Positions 49,468 to 61,419 of a stretch of DNA of 64,000 nucleotides are shown one piece after another. The number at the start of each line of letters is the position of its first letter. Within the stretch, counting starts at the first letter, position 1. A program made the translations under genes and the position numbers. Location: NCBI RefSeq assembly GCF_036971445.1, contig NC_091475.1:5084001-5148000 (forward strand), in the 5' to 3' direction. The stretch comes from Narcine bancroftii (taxonomy: Eukaryota). The notes under the pieces were generated by a model. That model was not told where the DNA came from. It did not search any database and was given only the letters and a program-made list of their open reading frames with translations.

Positions 49468-50365
49468 CTCTTCTTCTTCTTTCTTTGGCTTGGCTTCGCG
49501 GACGAAGATTTATGGAGGGGTAATGTCCACGTCAGCTGCAGGCTCGTTTGTGGCTGACAAGTCCGATGCGGGACAGGCAGACACGGTTGCAGCGGTTGCA
49601 GGGGAAAATTTGTTGGTTGGGGTTGGGTGTTGGGTTTTTCCTCCTTTGTCTTTTGTCAGTGAGGTGGGCTCTTCAAAGCCTTCTTCAAAGGAGGTTGCTG
49701 CCCGCCGAACTGTGAGGCGCCAAGATGCACAGTTTGAGGTGATATCAGCCCACTGGCGGTGGTCAATATGGCAGGCATCAAGAGATTTCTTTAGGCAGTC
49801 CTTGTACCTCTTCTTTGGTGCACCTCTGTCATGGTGGCCAGTGGAGAGCTCGCCATAGAACACGATCTTGGGAAGGCGATGGTCCTCCATTCTGGAGATG
49901 TGACCTACCCAGCGCAGTTGGATCTTCAGCAGCGTGGATTCGATGCTGTCGGCCTCTGCCATCTCGAGTACTTCGATGTTAGGGATGAAGTCGCTCCAAT
50001 GAATGTTGAGGATGGAGCGGAGACAACGCTGGTGGAAGCGTTCTAGGAGCCGTAGGTGATGCCGGTAGAGGACCCATGATTCGGAGCCGAACAGGAGTGT
50101 GGGTATGACAACGGCTCTGTATACTCTAATCTTTGTGAGGTTTTTCAGTTGGTTGTTTTTCCAGACTCTTTTGTGTAGTCTTCCAAAGGCGCTATTTGCC
50201 TTGGCGAGTCTGTTGTCTATCTCGTTGTCGATCCTTGCATCCGATGAAATGGTGCAGCCGAGATAGGTAAACTGGTTGACCGTTTTGAGTTTTGTGTGCC
50301 CGATGGAGATGTGGGGGGGCAGTTTCCGCAAAACAGGACGTCAAGCGCTGAAGAGCTGGCTCTGA
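49468..50365 (-). mobile_element. RTE-clade LINE, 5'-truncated, young
   Basis: Long open frame FTYLGCTIS...SAFGRL...VYRAVVIPTLLFGSESW...QLRWVGHISRMEDHRLPK; (GAA)n tail; 9-bp TSD attggttgt (49459-49467 and 50366-50374); internal deletion near 50320. Confidence 0.95.
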
Positions 50366-50478
50366 ATTGGTTGTAGATACAGCAAAAACCCACAAACAGC
50401 AGTAAAATATTTAGCCAGTTTTTTTTGCATTGAAGTTAGCTAGATCAGCACTTAAATTGTCCATATGCTGGAAACTAG

Positions 50479-50840
50479 AGCCCCTTTCCCACTGGTACTC
50501 TGTCCCAGGAATTAACTAGGAATTTACTGGGACAGGGTCCAGTGAAAAAGGAACACCGTCCGAATGCCGGCGTCAAATGACATAATTTCACACTGGGGAT
50601 TAACTACCTCTCACCCTACTCATAACCCCGGCATGCTGATAAAACCAGTGGAAAAGGGACAGCAGAAAGTCAACCGCTTCAACTTGAAGGTAGAACACTC
50701 CGATCCCCGGGGATGAGCATGTTCAGTGGGAAGCAATTAGTGTCCCAGTTAAAGGTGGCCCAGTGGAAACGGCACAAAGGGCTTCCTATCTCAGGACACT
50801 GCACAGCCAATTAACTGGGGTGCCTATGGAAAAAGGGCCT
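50479..50840. mobile_element. Harbinger-type MITE
   Basis: TIR AGCCCCTTTCCCA / TGGAAAAAGGGCCT; internal repeats of CCAGTGGAAA. Confidence 0.75.
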
Positions 50841-50947
50841 CTGTAGATATGACGACCTTCATGGGCTTTTTTTGTCTTGTAGATTTTATAATTCTATAAT
50901 GAGACATCCATTGCTCTTCTTGAATTTAGCCTTGTGAGATTTGTTTT

Positions 50948-51200
50948 TCATTTTAAAATATCTTTATTGAGTTTATTTAAAAAATGCACACATACATATC
51001 GATCTAATACATTTACTAGAAGATAAGAAAAGACAACAATTTTGAACGCTTCAAATAAAACATTGATCATACACAATACAAATTATGAGCACCCTTTCAG
51101 ATCAAATCCATTATATCAAAAATATTAAAGAAAAAAAAGAGAAAAAGAACCCAATAATCAAACCCCTCCCTCAAAATAGGGCAAACTTGCATAACTAATA
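50948..51200 (-). mobile_element. L1 3'UTR stub
   Basis: T-tail with tttatt and a C-rich tract, similar to 23998-24190. Confidence 0.55.
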
Positions 51201-51469
51201 AAAATAGAAAATGAAGGACCAGACAGCGCTGTTCAGGAGCCATCCAAACACCCTAACTTGTTCATTATGGGACCTTTCTAATGTGTTTCTGAAAACTGGA
51301 GAGGTGCTCAATGGAACAGGCAATAAATATATTGAGAGGAACCGAGGGTGGGAAGAACTTTGCAGTATTGCTAATAACAAAATGTAAATTCCATGGTTGA
51401 AAAGACACAAGGTGCACTTTTTCTTTAGACAAAGCATTGTATGTAAGACAAAGGAAGCCTGACAAGAAT

Positions 51470-51785
51470 TGTATTCAACACTAGGTAGACCACTGTGTGT
51501 ATTTTTGGTCACCTTGAACAGGGAAGATGTGATGCACCAGAAAGAATGCAGGGAACATTTACAAGGATGCGGCCATAGATTTTAGCTATGGGGATAGGCT
51601 GGGCTTATAAAATAGGGGGTAAGGGAAGTCTTAATTGAGGAACATTAAATTATGAAGGGACTATATAGTGTAAATAGAGAAGAGTTATTTTCTTTAGTAG
51701 CAAGGCTGAGGCTGAAGTCAAGTCACAATCCAGGCCATGTAGACTGCACATAGAAGGATTTTAGAGGGTATAAGGAGAGATTTTT
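51470..51785 (+). mobile_element. Old CR1 fragment
   Basis: aacactaggtagaccac...ttttggtcacc...acatttacaaggatg. Confidence 0.6.
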
Positions 51786-51794
51786 TAAAAAAAG

Positions 51795-52566
51795 AATGGC
51801 AGCACTGCTGGAGCTGTTGTAACAGTGGAATTGCTTGGAGGGCGTCTCCAAAGGGCTTAACCACCAGGTCCTAATGCTTGCACCTCGTACACGCATCAAA
51901 GGGCCTGTTAGAGGAGCTGACCCATGACCCTGTAGCCATGGGTCTGTGCCCTAGATGGAGGCTTCTATGCTCAACAGGGGACCATGAGAGGTTGCAGACT
52001 CTGGGAGAGCAGTGGACTAGTGGAGGGCACCAGAAATTGGGAGAACATCCCCCATTGAGAAGGAAAAACAGAGGAGATGACCTGACAGGACTCTGATTAC
52101 ACCGGCGGATCAGCAAGGGGCTCAGAGGTTGAGTGACCCACACAGGCTGCAGGCAACTTGTGGTCGGGGGACCCACACGGGCTGCAGCTGCTAGAGACTG
52201 CCTAATGGGAACCAGGTATCGGTGCCAGGATTATAAGGGTGCTTAGGACAAGAATAGCTCCTGAAAAGCCTTGGTCACTGAAGGCTTCATGGTCGTGCCT
52301 GAGGTTTGGATTTGGAGCTCGGGCGGCCGATGGATCGAACAGGAGCCTGTGCTGCTGTGCAGAGGCTGTGGGAGAGGAGGAGGCAAATCCACAGACTTGT
52401 GTCTCAGTGTTTCTGAACACAGGCTCTTTTCCTTCTCTTTTTCTCGCACTGTAAGGGGCACCGGGCGACACTAATGATGACTCTGTCTTTCTTATGACAG
52501 GCAGAAGGCAATTTTGTGTAATATTACATGTTCTGCCCTATTACATAAAGGAATCTTGGATCTTGA
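51795..52566 (+). mobile_element. Unclassified GC-rich non-autonomous retroposon with Rex-like tail
   Basis: Ends ataaaggaatcttggatcttga; a related tail lies inverted at 43711-43792. Confidence 0.45.
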
Positions 52567-52597
52567 AAGTATCTATAACTCACTTTCTGAAAGCTGA

Positions 52598-53031
52598 CAT
52601 AGAACCATAGAACACTACAGCACAGAAAGCAGGCTATTTGACCTTCAGGCTGAAACATTATTCTGCTGTCCCACTGACCTGCATTCATTCCACAACCCTC
52701 CAGACCACTCCCATCCATGTATCTATGCAATTTTTTTCTTAAAACTTAAGAGTGAGCTCACATTTACCACATTAGATGGCAGCTTGTTCCACACTCTCAC
52801 CACTCGAAGTGAAGAAGTTCCCCTTAATGTTTCCCCTAAATCTTTCACCTGAAAGCCATTTCTTTTCATATTTATCTCTCCTATAAGTGGAAAGAGCCTA
52901 CTCACATTTACTCCATCTATACCCCTCATAATTTTGTACACCTCTATCAAATCTCCTCTCATTCTTCTACGCTCCAAGGAATAAAGTCCTAATTTGTTTA
53001 ATCTTTCCCTGTAACTCAATTCCTGAAGACC
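52598..53031 (-). mobile_element. CR1 3' fragment
   Basis: LQELSYRERLNKLGLYSLERRRMRGDLIEVYKIMRGID. Confidence 0.92.
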
Positions 53032-53844
53032 AAGATGTGTACTTGCAGAGATATGATCTTCAGAGCCTTGGACCAGAACCTGGAATGTGGAATTCATTTG
53101 GGTAACTCTTTCTTGACTACCTTGACTACAGTAGGATAAATGTCCTACTTCTGAGTCATAAATTTCCTTTAACTGTATGAATCTCAAGAATTGGCATCGT
53201 CCCAAACAGATGGTAACCATCCATGGCATATGTAAGCTCTTAGACTCTAATCTGGTTTGGAGATGAATACTCAGAGAATTTAGATATTTATAATAAAAAA
53301 ACACAGTTTTCTTGAACAACAGAAACACGTGGCCCATTCTACTGCCATTATTACTAGAAAACATCTAATCTCCAGTAATAACAGGCCTGGAGCTTCAAAG
53401 CAAATCTTATTTTGTAAAAATATTGTAACAAGAAGCATTCAATAAATGTACATCTGTGAATAATTATTCAACAGGCAGCAGGTGACAGTTACTTTGTACC
53501 AACAACGTGATCTCTTTTTGACAAAGTTTCCTCTTTTCTCCAGCTTCTTACCACTTCTCTGGCCCTGTCCTAATAATGAACAGGACTCATAGCATCTGTT
53601 ACCTTAATGAAATAATCATGAGCCTGGTCTTTTAATAGTTTGGCCAGCCTCTTCCGTCTGGTTGACCTTCAGCCTCTTCCCTGATTGATGTGGACCTTGA
53701 AGTTACAGCTGCAACTTTCTTTTTAAGCAACAATGATCCCTGAAATTCCCTACTACTGCTTTGAATGAAAACAGCACAGCACAAAAAATTTGCTGCTTTG
53801 TACTCAGTGTATTATGCCCTTAAGCATTAAAGAAGGGCTTTGTA

Positions 53845-54800
53845 TTTAGATTTCAGGTTTATTGTCAGAGTACATACTTGACATCACACACAACCCTGAG
53901 ATTCTTTTTCCTGCAAGTGAGGCAGAATCGCCACTTATTGGTACTGCAAAAAACTGCGCACAATATACACATGTAAACAGACCAAGAACTCTAAGCAAGT
54001 TGACTGCAATACAGAGAGGAATAAAATCAATAAAGTGCGCAAGTAAGAATCCTTAAATGAGCTTCTGATTAAATTTATTGCTGTGAAGTCTGAGGGTGGA
54101 GGGGGAGCAGCTGTTCCTGAACCTGGTGGTGCAAGACTTGTGGTACCGAGACCTCATTCCTGATGGCACCAGTCTGAACAGTGCGTGTGCTGGGTGCTTG
54201 ATGATTGGTGTTGCTCTCTGACAGCAGCGTTCCCTGTACATGTACTTGATTGTTGGAATGGTTTGCCTGTGATGTCCTGGGCTGTATTCACTACTTTTTG
54301 GAGGACTTTACACTCAGGGGTATTGGTGTCCTCATACCAGACTGTGATGCAGCCAGTCAGCACACTTTCCACAACACATCTATAGAAATTTGCCATAGTT
54401 TCCAGTGTCATACCAAACCTCTGCAAACTCCTGAGGAAGGAGAGGAACTGTCGTGCTTTCTTCATGGTGCCATTAGTGAGTTGGGTCCAGGAAATATCCT
54501 CTGAGATAGTGACTCCCAGCAACTTAAATGCGCTCACCCTCTCAACCTTTGATCTCCCAATGATCACTGGATTATGCACCTCTGGTTTTCCCTTCCAAAA
54601 GTAAACAATCAGCCCCTTGGTTTTGGTGACATTGAGTGTGAGGTCGCTGTAGGTGTATCATTCAGCCAAGTTTTCAACCTCCCTCCTGTAAGGTGACTCA
54701 TCGCCCCTTTTTATACGACCCACTACCGTGGTATCGTCAGCGAATTTGTAGACTATTGTTGTCGTACCGAGCCACACACTCATTGGTATAAAGTGAGTAC
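53845..54800 (-). mobile_element. Rex1/Babar LINE 3' fragment
   Basis: VERVSAFKLLGVTISEDISW...KKARQFLSFLRSL...FYRCVVESVLTGCITVWY. Confidence 0.92.
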
Positions 54801-55619
54801 TTAAAAATTAGTTCTTGAAATTCAGTTTCTTGTTTCAGGATCCTAAATACCAGTAGAACTCCAGTATTTCACCCAGGTAATAAAAGTCAGCAGGACACCT
54901 GACTATGGGCAGCCCAGTTCAACATCACTTTCTAACACAGGTTGCTGAATTGAATTGCGTGATTAAAATTGCATTCTGACGCTTGTCTTGTCAATTTAAC
55001 TCTGATAAATTGAACTGATTAATTGTTGCTTGTACCGAAATGCAGTGAAAAGCTGCATTGCGTACTATCCAGACAAGTCAACCCATACTCAAGATCAGCA
55101 GATGATGATAAAACAAATGTGCAGAGTATAGGGTTGCATTGGGTCAGAGTGCAGAGAATAGTGATACAGCGACCAAGAACTGGTTATAGGGAAAATTAAG
55201 AGTTTAATAACAGCAGGAAAGAAACCATCCTTTTGAGGTTTGTGCTTTCCAGGTCATGTATCTGCTGCCCAAAAATAAAGAGGGGGGCGGGAGAGAGAAC
55301 ATGAAGTCATTGCTGATATTTACTCCTAAAACCTTGAGGTTCTTCACCATCTCCACTTGAACTTCAGTTCCTGAAGTCAATAACAAGCTTCTTTGTCTTC
55401 CTCACCCTGCATTCCCGAGGCTGCTATTCCTTCCTGACCCTCCATTGCTTGCAATCTGCAGATCAGAAAATCGAGGATTTCATTGCAAAAAATATAATGA
55501 AATGAGAGCAACATAGAGAATGATAACACAAGCAAAGTTATGCAAAATATCCCAGCAAATTAGGCTGTGAAAATGGAGAATGAAAAGTTGGGACAATGTT
55601 GGCATATGAATGACCTGGC

Positions 55620-57290
55620 CTATTCTAATATAGAAATCCTGTATAAATGAAGCTGTAGAATTTGATATTGACTCCAGAAATTTGCAATGTTCTCAGACTG
55701 AAGATAAGGTTCTTTCCATAAGATTGCATTGGGCCTCATTATAACAAGATATAAATCAAAGTGTAAGTGGCATGCAGGATTAAAGTGGCAGGAAACAGCA
55801 AGATTGGAGGTCACCATGTGGATTGAACACACAGTTACCCAAATGTAATAGCTTTCTCCATGGTAGAGGAGACCTTTGGAGCAACTATTCCGATGAACCA
55901 GCTTGGAAGAAGTGCAAGTGAGTTGCTGCTTCATTTGGAAGAAATGTATGGGTCCCTGAATGGTTGGAAGCGAAGAGGAGAAAAGGTAGGTGTTGCATCT
56001 CTGATTAAATAGGCAAATGCTCTAAGAAAGGAAGTGGTTGATAGAGGTGGAAGAGCAGACCATGTAGTTGTGAAGCAAATACAGTAGAATCCCTATTATC
56101 CGGCACCTATGGAGATCGCAGATTCTGCATATGCAAATTTTCTGATTGACAAGACACACTGTTACAATACCTAATTAATACATCGGCATTACGAATACAC
56201 AGTTTAAAAGACAGAGTGCAAAATGTAAAGTAATTTGAAAAAAATTAGTATTGTAGCATTTAATTAAGTAAAGTTTTACTTTACTTTAACTTATAAAATT
56301 TAAATTTGAATGCAGGTCACTGACGCTGTAACAGTGTGGCGCTATCCACTACACTAACTGTGCCGCCATCATAATTAACACCTGCTCCCCCAAGTTTACA
56401 GATACAGCCTTACCAATGTACCTAATACAAATAAAGATAAAGATTCTTACTAGGTAGAGATAGGGAGACCCTTTGGGGGAGTTGACCCTAGCAGCGAACG
56501 ACATCGGCTCTTCATCCTGGGTGCCACCATTTTATTCAAATACAACTTTATTGAAATTTTATTCAAACAGCTGCTCAGGCAAAGCATGACCGGGGTGTTC
56601 CGCTGGCTGAACGTTTGCTTCCATCTTCACCAAAGGGTTGTGTGTTGCCTCAGAGAACATTTACTTTTACAATTTAAACTTTTATTTAAAATTTTATTTA
56701 TCCTTATTTATTTTAAATTGTATTTGTTTCCTTGATTTATTTTTGCTGGTTGCTTGTTTGGGTTTCCAATTGATTGAATTCCAGATAATGGGGATTCTAT
56801 CATCAAAATGGTGAAAGAGGATATGTGTCTTGTGGTAAAATCTCGTGGAAGGTGACAAAAATTACAGAGGAAATTGCATTGAATCTGAAAGTTGATGGTG
56901 TGGAAGGTGAGGACCAGAGGAATTCACTCCTTGCTTTGTCCAAGGGAAGAAGGGGTGAGAGGACATGTGGGAAATAGATGAGATATGGTCAAGCCTCTAT
57001 TAACCATGACAGAAGGAAAGCCCTGGTTCAAGAAGGAAGACTTTTTTGAGGCATCTGTGTGGAAAGACTCATCAAAGCAAATATGACTGTGGTGGAAGAA
57101 CCTGAAGCAGGGTGGGACAGTGCAGTCAAAACACCTGCTGGAGTCCATAGGCTCATAATAGATGTCTGCCACTCACATTCCCTTAGATGGAGGTGGAGTG
57201 ATCCAGAGGGAAGCAGTTGGAGGTGGAACACATGAAAGTAAGAACAGGGTTGAAAATGATAGCAAGAGTAATATGTGTTCAAGAAGTGTA
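55620..57290 (-). mobile_element. Old Penelope-like element remnant (RT end + GIY-YIG), interrupted by a MITE
   Basis: DIYYEPMDS...FLNQGFPSVMV...; KQQLTCTSSKLVH..C..GLLYHGES. Confidence 0.75.
56082..56802. mobile_element. Tc1/mariner (pogo/Tigger-like) MITE containing a SINE-head fragment at about 56310-56368 (-)
   Basis: TA|CAGTAGAATCCCTATTATCCGG ... CCAGATAATGGGGATTCTATCA inverted termini. Confidence 0.75.
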
Positions 57291-57579
57291 GAGTAGCAAC
57301 TAAAATACAGTAATCAATATGTTCCAGACAAAGAGTTTATTGAAAAGCACTGAATAATTCTTAAGCAAAAACTGCCGTGTATTCATATGCCTCAAAAAGA
57401 CAGGTGTGAATTCGGCAGATATGAGTTGCCATTGCAGGACCTGTATTCTGGAGAACATTAATGAAGTTCAGGGAGGTCTTGTTCAATGTGAGAGAGAGCT
57501 CAGCTTGGTAAATGAATGAAATGGGAAACAAAGAAGCAGATGGCCTCCGACCATTCTTGTGTGGATGGAGTGGTAAAGG

Positions 57580-58312
57580 TATTGAAGCTTGACAAACAGG
57601 TCAATGCTGTAGTAAAAGCTAGCTTTTTCCATCTCCGCAATATTGCCAAAATCAAATCATTCCTGGCACTAAAAGGCCTCGAGAAAGTTATCTGCACCCT
57701 CATTTTCTCCCGTTTAGACGACTCTAACTCTCTTTATACAGGAATTAGTCAGTCAGTCATCATCATCCCATTTGCAACTGGTTCAGAATGCTGCAGCAAG
57801 GCTCCTGACAGGAACCAAGAAGAGGGACCACCCCACCTCTATTCTCCCCTCCCTTCACTGGCTGCCAGTACGGCTCAGAATAGATTTTAAAGTTCTCCAG
57901 TTTGATTACAAAGCCATTAATGGACTATCCCTCCTCTTACATTAGTCCTATTCCACTTCAACCCCTCAGATCAGCCAATTTAGGGCTCTTGGTTGTTCTG
58001 TGCTCAAATCACAAACTCAGGGGAGATCGCACCTTCACTAGTGCAGCCCCCAAACTGTGGAACAGCATTCCTCTCTCCATCAAATCAGCCCCTTCCTTTA
58101 ACTCTTAAATCCAGGCTGAAGTTGGATTTTTACTCACAAGCGTTTTGGAGTGATTGTCGATTGTTACCATGTTGAATGTACAATTCTAAACCTCGGGGAC
58201 CCGTTTTATTCGGTGCTTTAAATAGCTGCTTAAGTTAGGACGAGATTTATGATCTGTACAGCACTTTGGTGAACGTGAGTTGTTTTAAATGTGCTATATA
58301 AACTAAACTAAA
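57580..58312 (+). mobile_element. L2 LINE 3' fragment
   Basis: LDKQVNAVVKASFFHLRNIAKIKSFL...LIFSRLDDSNSLY; GDRTFTSAAPKLWNSIP; L2 3' stem-loop tgtacagcactttg...aaatgtgctatataaa with (ACTAA)n tail. Confidence 0.92.
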
Positions 58313-58549
58313 CTAATATCCAAGGTAAAGATTAAGTGATGGAGACCAAAATAGTGGAGGACATCAGAGATGTCATGGGTGTAAGTGAAAAGGACCTGGA
58401 GAGAAAGGATGGAATGCAGATTGTTAAAAGTTAATTTCACCCAGACGTCCATGAAGAGAAGATTTAAGGCATAATTCTGTGGCAGACTCTCTTCCTGTAG
58501 GCTGTATCTAAGATTCTTCACTGTTCTTTCCCGATGGAAGTAAATCTTT

Positions 58550-58850
58550 TAGCTACTCCCGTCAGGAAAGAGATACAAGAGTATCAGAATCACGAGGCTG
58601 AGGAACAGCTTCTCAGTGAGACTGTTGAATAACTGATGAACAGTTCATACAAATCACCCCCCTCCCCCTCCCACCGGTGACTCAATTACTTATTTAACAA
58701 AAATATTTATTTATTTTAATATTTGTATATAAGTATCATTTGTCTGTATGTGTGTTATATCTGGATGGGTGTTGCCCTGAGGACCAGAGAAGGCTGTTTT
58801 GTCAGGTTGTACTTGTATAATTGGATGATAAATGAACTTGAACTTGAACT
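58550..58850 (+). mobile_element. Rex/Babar 3' end
   Basis: ctactcccgtcaggaaagagatacaagag...gaacagcttc; (GAACTT)n tail. Confidence 0.8.
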
Positions 58851-59739
58851 AACCCACAAGACCCTAACCTTCTGGAATAGCCAACAATATTAATCTAATA
58901 AGGAACCCATTAAAGGAATATAACAGCACCTAAATGCCTGGAAGACTTCCTTGAGCATACTCTTTGTCCTTTGGAGGTCTTTTGAGGAACCCAGATTAAT
59001 TTCCTGATGTTAGCAGAATATTGCTTTAAATATTGAGAAAAATGAGCATTTAAACACATCATTACAATGTGCGCCTTTTTTCTACTGCCACTGTGCCTTG
59101 ATGCCTGTGGTGTGGAGATTTCTACTCAATTTTGAATTAGAATGGCAGAAGCTGGATCACCTGAATAATGGCATGATATTGGGAAAATCCTAGGCAGACT
59201 AAAGTGGACATTACAAATCCAGGTGCAGGATGAATTCACCCTGAAATTATTTTCAATATCATTCTACTCTAGGAAAAACTGAAACTGTTGTTGTAACCTT
59301 AAAATAAGCATTCCAAGTATGGCTGCAGTGGGTATGTGTTTGATTCCATTTGTTTCTGTGTTCCCTTGCTGTTTAATTGCAAACATTTATTTGCCAATGT
59401 GCTTGAAGTCAAGGTTCTTGAAAGCTTAATAAACCTACAGCCATCTGTTAATTTGCATGTTTCCTCCAGGGAGATTTCATTGTCTTGTGCACAGAGCAGC
59501 ACTCATATCCCTGTACACAGCAATGTTTACAAGATCTGGTGGAGGAAGAGAAACAAAAGGGACCTTACCAGATTAACATGTTGCCAGCTTAGTGAATGGT
59601 TTCAGGTTTGCCTGAGTGCCAGTACGGTTGTCTGTGGACCAGAAATTTGAATGCAGTGTTGATTTTCCAAATGGACTGTCACAATAGGGCACTTTTTCCA
59701 ATTTGAATACTACTTGCAGTGCAGTCATCGAAAATCAAA

Positions 59740-59850
59740 AGAAAACTGCAAATTCTGCAAATGAAGAAATTAATTAATCATGCCTGGTAGCATTGGTGGA
59801 CATAGAAACAGAGTTCCCATTTCAGGACAAAAACTTTCATCAGAACTGAA
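59740..59850 (-). mobile_element. Old Penelope pLTR fragment
   Basis: Reverse complement CTGATGAAAGTTTTTGTCCTGAAA keeps both hammerhead core boxes, but stem II is broken. Confidence 0.5.
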
Positions 59851-60399
59851 ATAAAGTAAGTAAAATAGTTAGTATCAATCTGTAGAATGAATGGGGAGGG
59901 ATCGGTAGAGAGATAAAGGGAATGACTATCTGTTCCAGGGCGAGCCCTGTGGATAATGTGTAAATAAGACTGTTAAGTTGATAGGGAAAGAGTTGTTTCC
60001 TCATAAAAGTAGTTTATGAAGGCAGGTAAAGTAAGATGGCTGAGGATATGCGATTTTGAGATCTAAATTATTAATACCCTATTTTCAAGAGGCATTGAAG
60101 TGAAAAATCTGTAGCTAATCAGAAAATGGAAATATTTCTAAAATGTTGTTGCCATTAGGGCAGAAGTAAAGTATTGGTTGGCAAAACTCCTGTTCAACTT
60201 TAGACAAAGTTAAACATGCACCAAGTATTCCCCAAAGTTTCTATATTTTGTAAATTATTAGCAACTTCAGGCCAAATCCATTGGACCAGAACTGCCCTCC
60301 AATGCAGTGATTTAACTGCTGGTAGCAATTGCTGAATGATGATGAAAAAGGTACCCCTACTTTCTAAGGAATCTGAGGAGATTTGGCATGCATACTCTA

Positions 60400-60900
60400 T
60401 CAAACCTCCACAGGTGTACTTTGGAAAGAATACTGGCAAATTGCATCAAGGTTTGGTTTTGCAATTCAATTCACCAGGAAGACAGATAGCCATGTCCATC
60501 GCAAATTCTGGCCTCCCATCCTTTGAAGACATCTATCTAAGGTGCTGCTCAAAAAGGCAGCCATCATCATCAAGAGCCTACATCAACCTCTTCTCACTGC
60601 TACCTTCAGGTTGAAGGTACAAGGCAGCACTTCGAGGATGCAAGATCAGTTTCTTTCCAACAGTTATCAGGCTTTTGAGCCTCCTTTTGGCACACTAATC
60701 GTAGAATGCTCTGACAACACTTTTCTTGCACTAAGATTACTGTGAATATATATGATCTATCTCATGTATTTATTGATTCTTTAAATTGAATTCAATTAGT
60801 TTACTCATCGCTTTCTTTCTTTACAAGTTCCCATTTAGCCACAGCAAGTAAGAATTTTGGTGCAGAAGGTACATTGTACAATGAGTATGACAGTAATATC
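60400..60900 (+). mobile_element. Rex/Babar 3' fragment
   Basis: LPSFEDIYLRCC...LFSLLPSG. Confidence 0.75.
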
Positions 60901-61352
60901 GAAACCATTGTCATCAATATCGAGTCCAGGAAACTCGGTATTTTTTTAGTAAACAGGAGTTGAAAACTAATTAGAATTAGCCCCACACTTAATGCTGTTT
61001 AAGGACCAAGAAATTCCAACTGCATAATGCTTTAATAATTTGTTTAAGATGCCATTAACTCTTTGAAAAGTGCATTCTTTCTGGATCCAACAATATTTGC
61101 TTCTTCCTTGGTGAAGATTATTTCTGATTTTGGATCTTTCCAAACCACTATCGGAGATGGCCGGCGGATCAGCCAGTTATCGCACATAATCACAGGAGGC
61201 GTATTTGAGGACAAAACTGGGGCATCTTGCCTACATTGAGTCACTCCACACATTGAATGCAGAAAGGACATCCAGGAAGATAAAGTGGCTGAACCTCCTC
61301 AATTCACTTCCCACATTTGGACAAATTCAGAGGCAAATTTATTTATACGTGG

Positions 61353-61419
61353 AAATGGGCTTTCTACCTGGGTAAATGGGCTTTCTACCTGGGTAAATGG
61401 GCTTTCTACCTGTAAATGG
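61353..61419. repeat. 21-bp tandem repeat (AAATGGGCTTTCTACCTGGGT) x about 3
   Basis: Directly visible. Confidence 0.9.

Noticed and set aside
52723-53364. 213-aa minus ORF as a novel gene
   Set aside because: The C-terminal half is CR1 RT tail and the N-terminal half is chance read-through of flanking DNA.
54851-54880. Second Tigger-like MITE (CAGTAGAACTCC)
   Set aside because: Only one terminus-like motif; no matching inverted end found.
59815-59848. Functional hammerhead ribozyme (CUGAUGA...GAAA intact on the minus strand)
   Set aside because: Stem II cannot pair and no convincing stem III or cleavage triplet is present.
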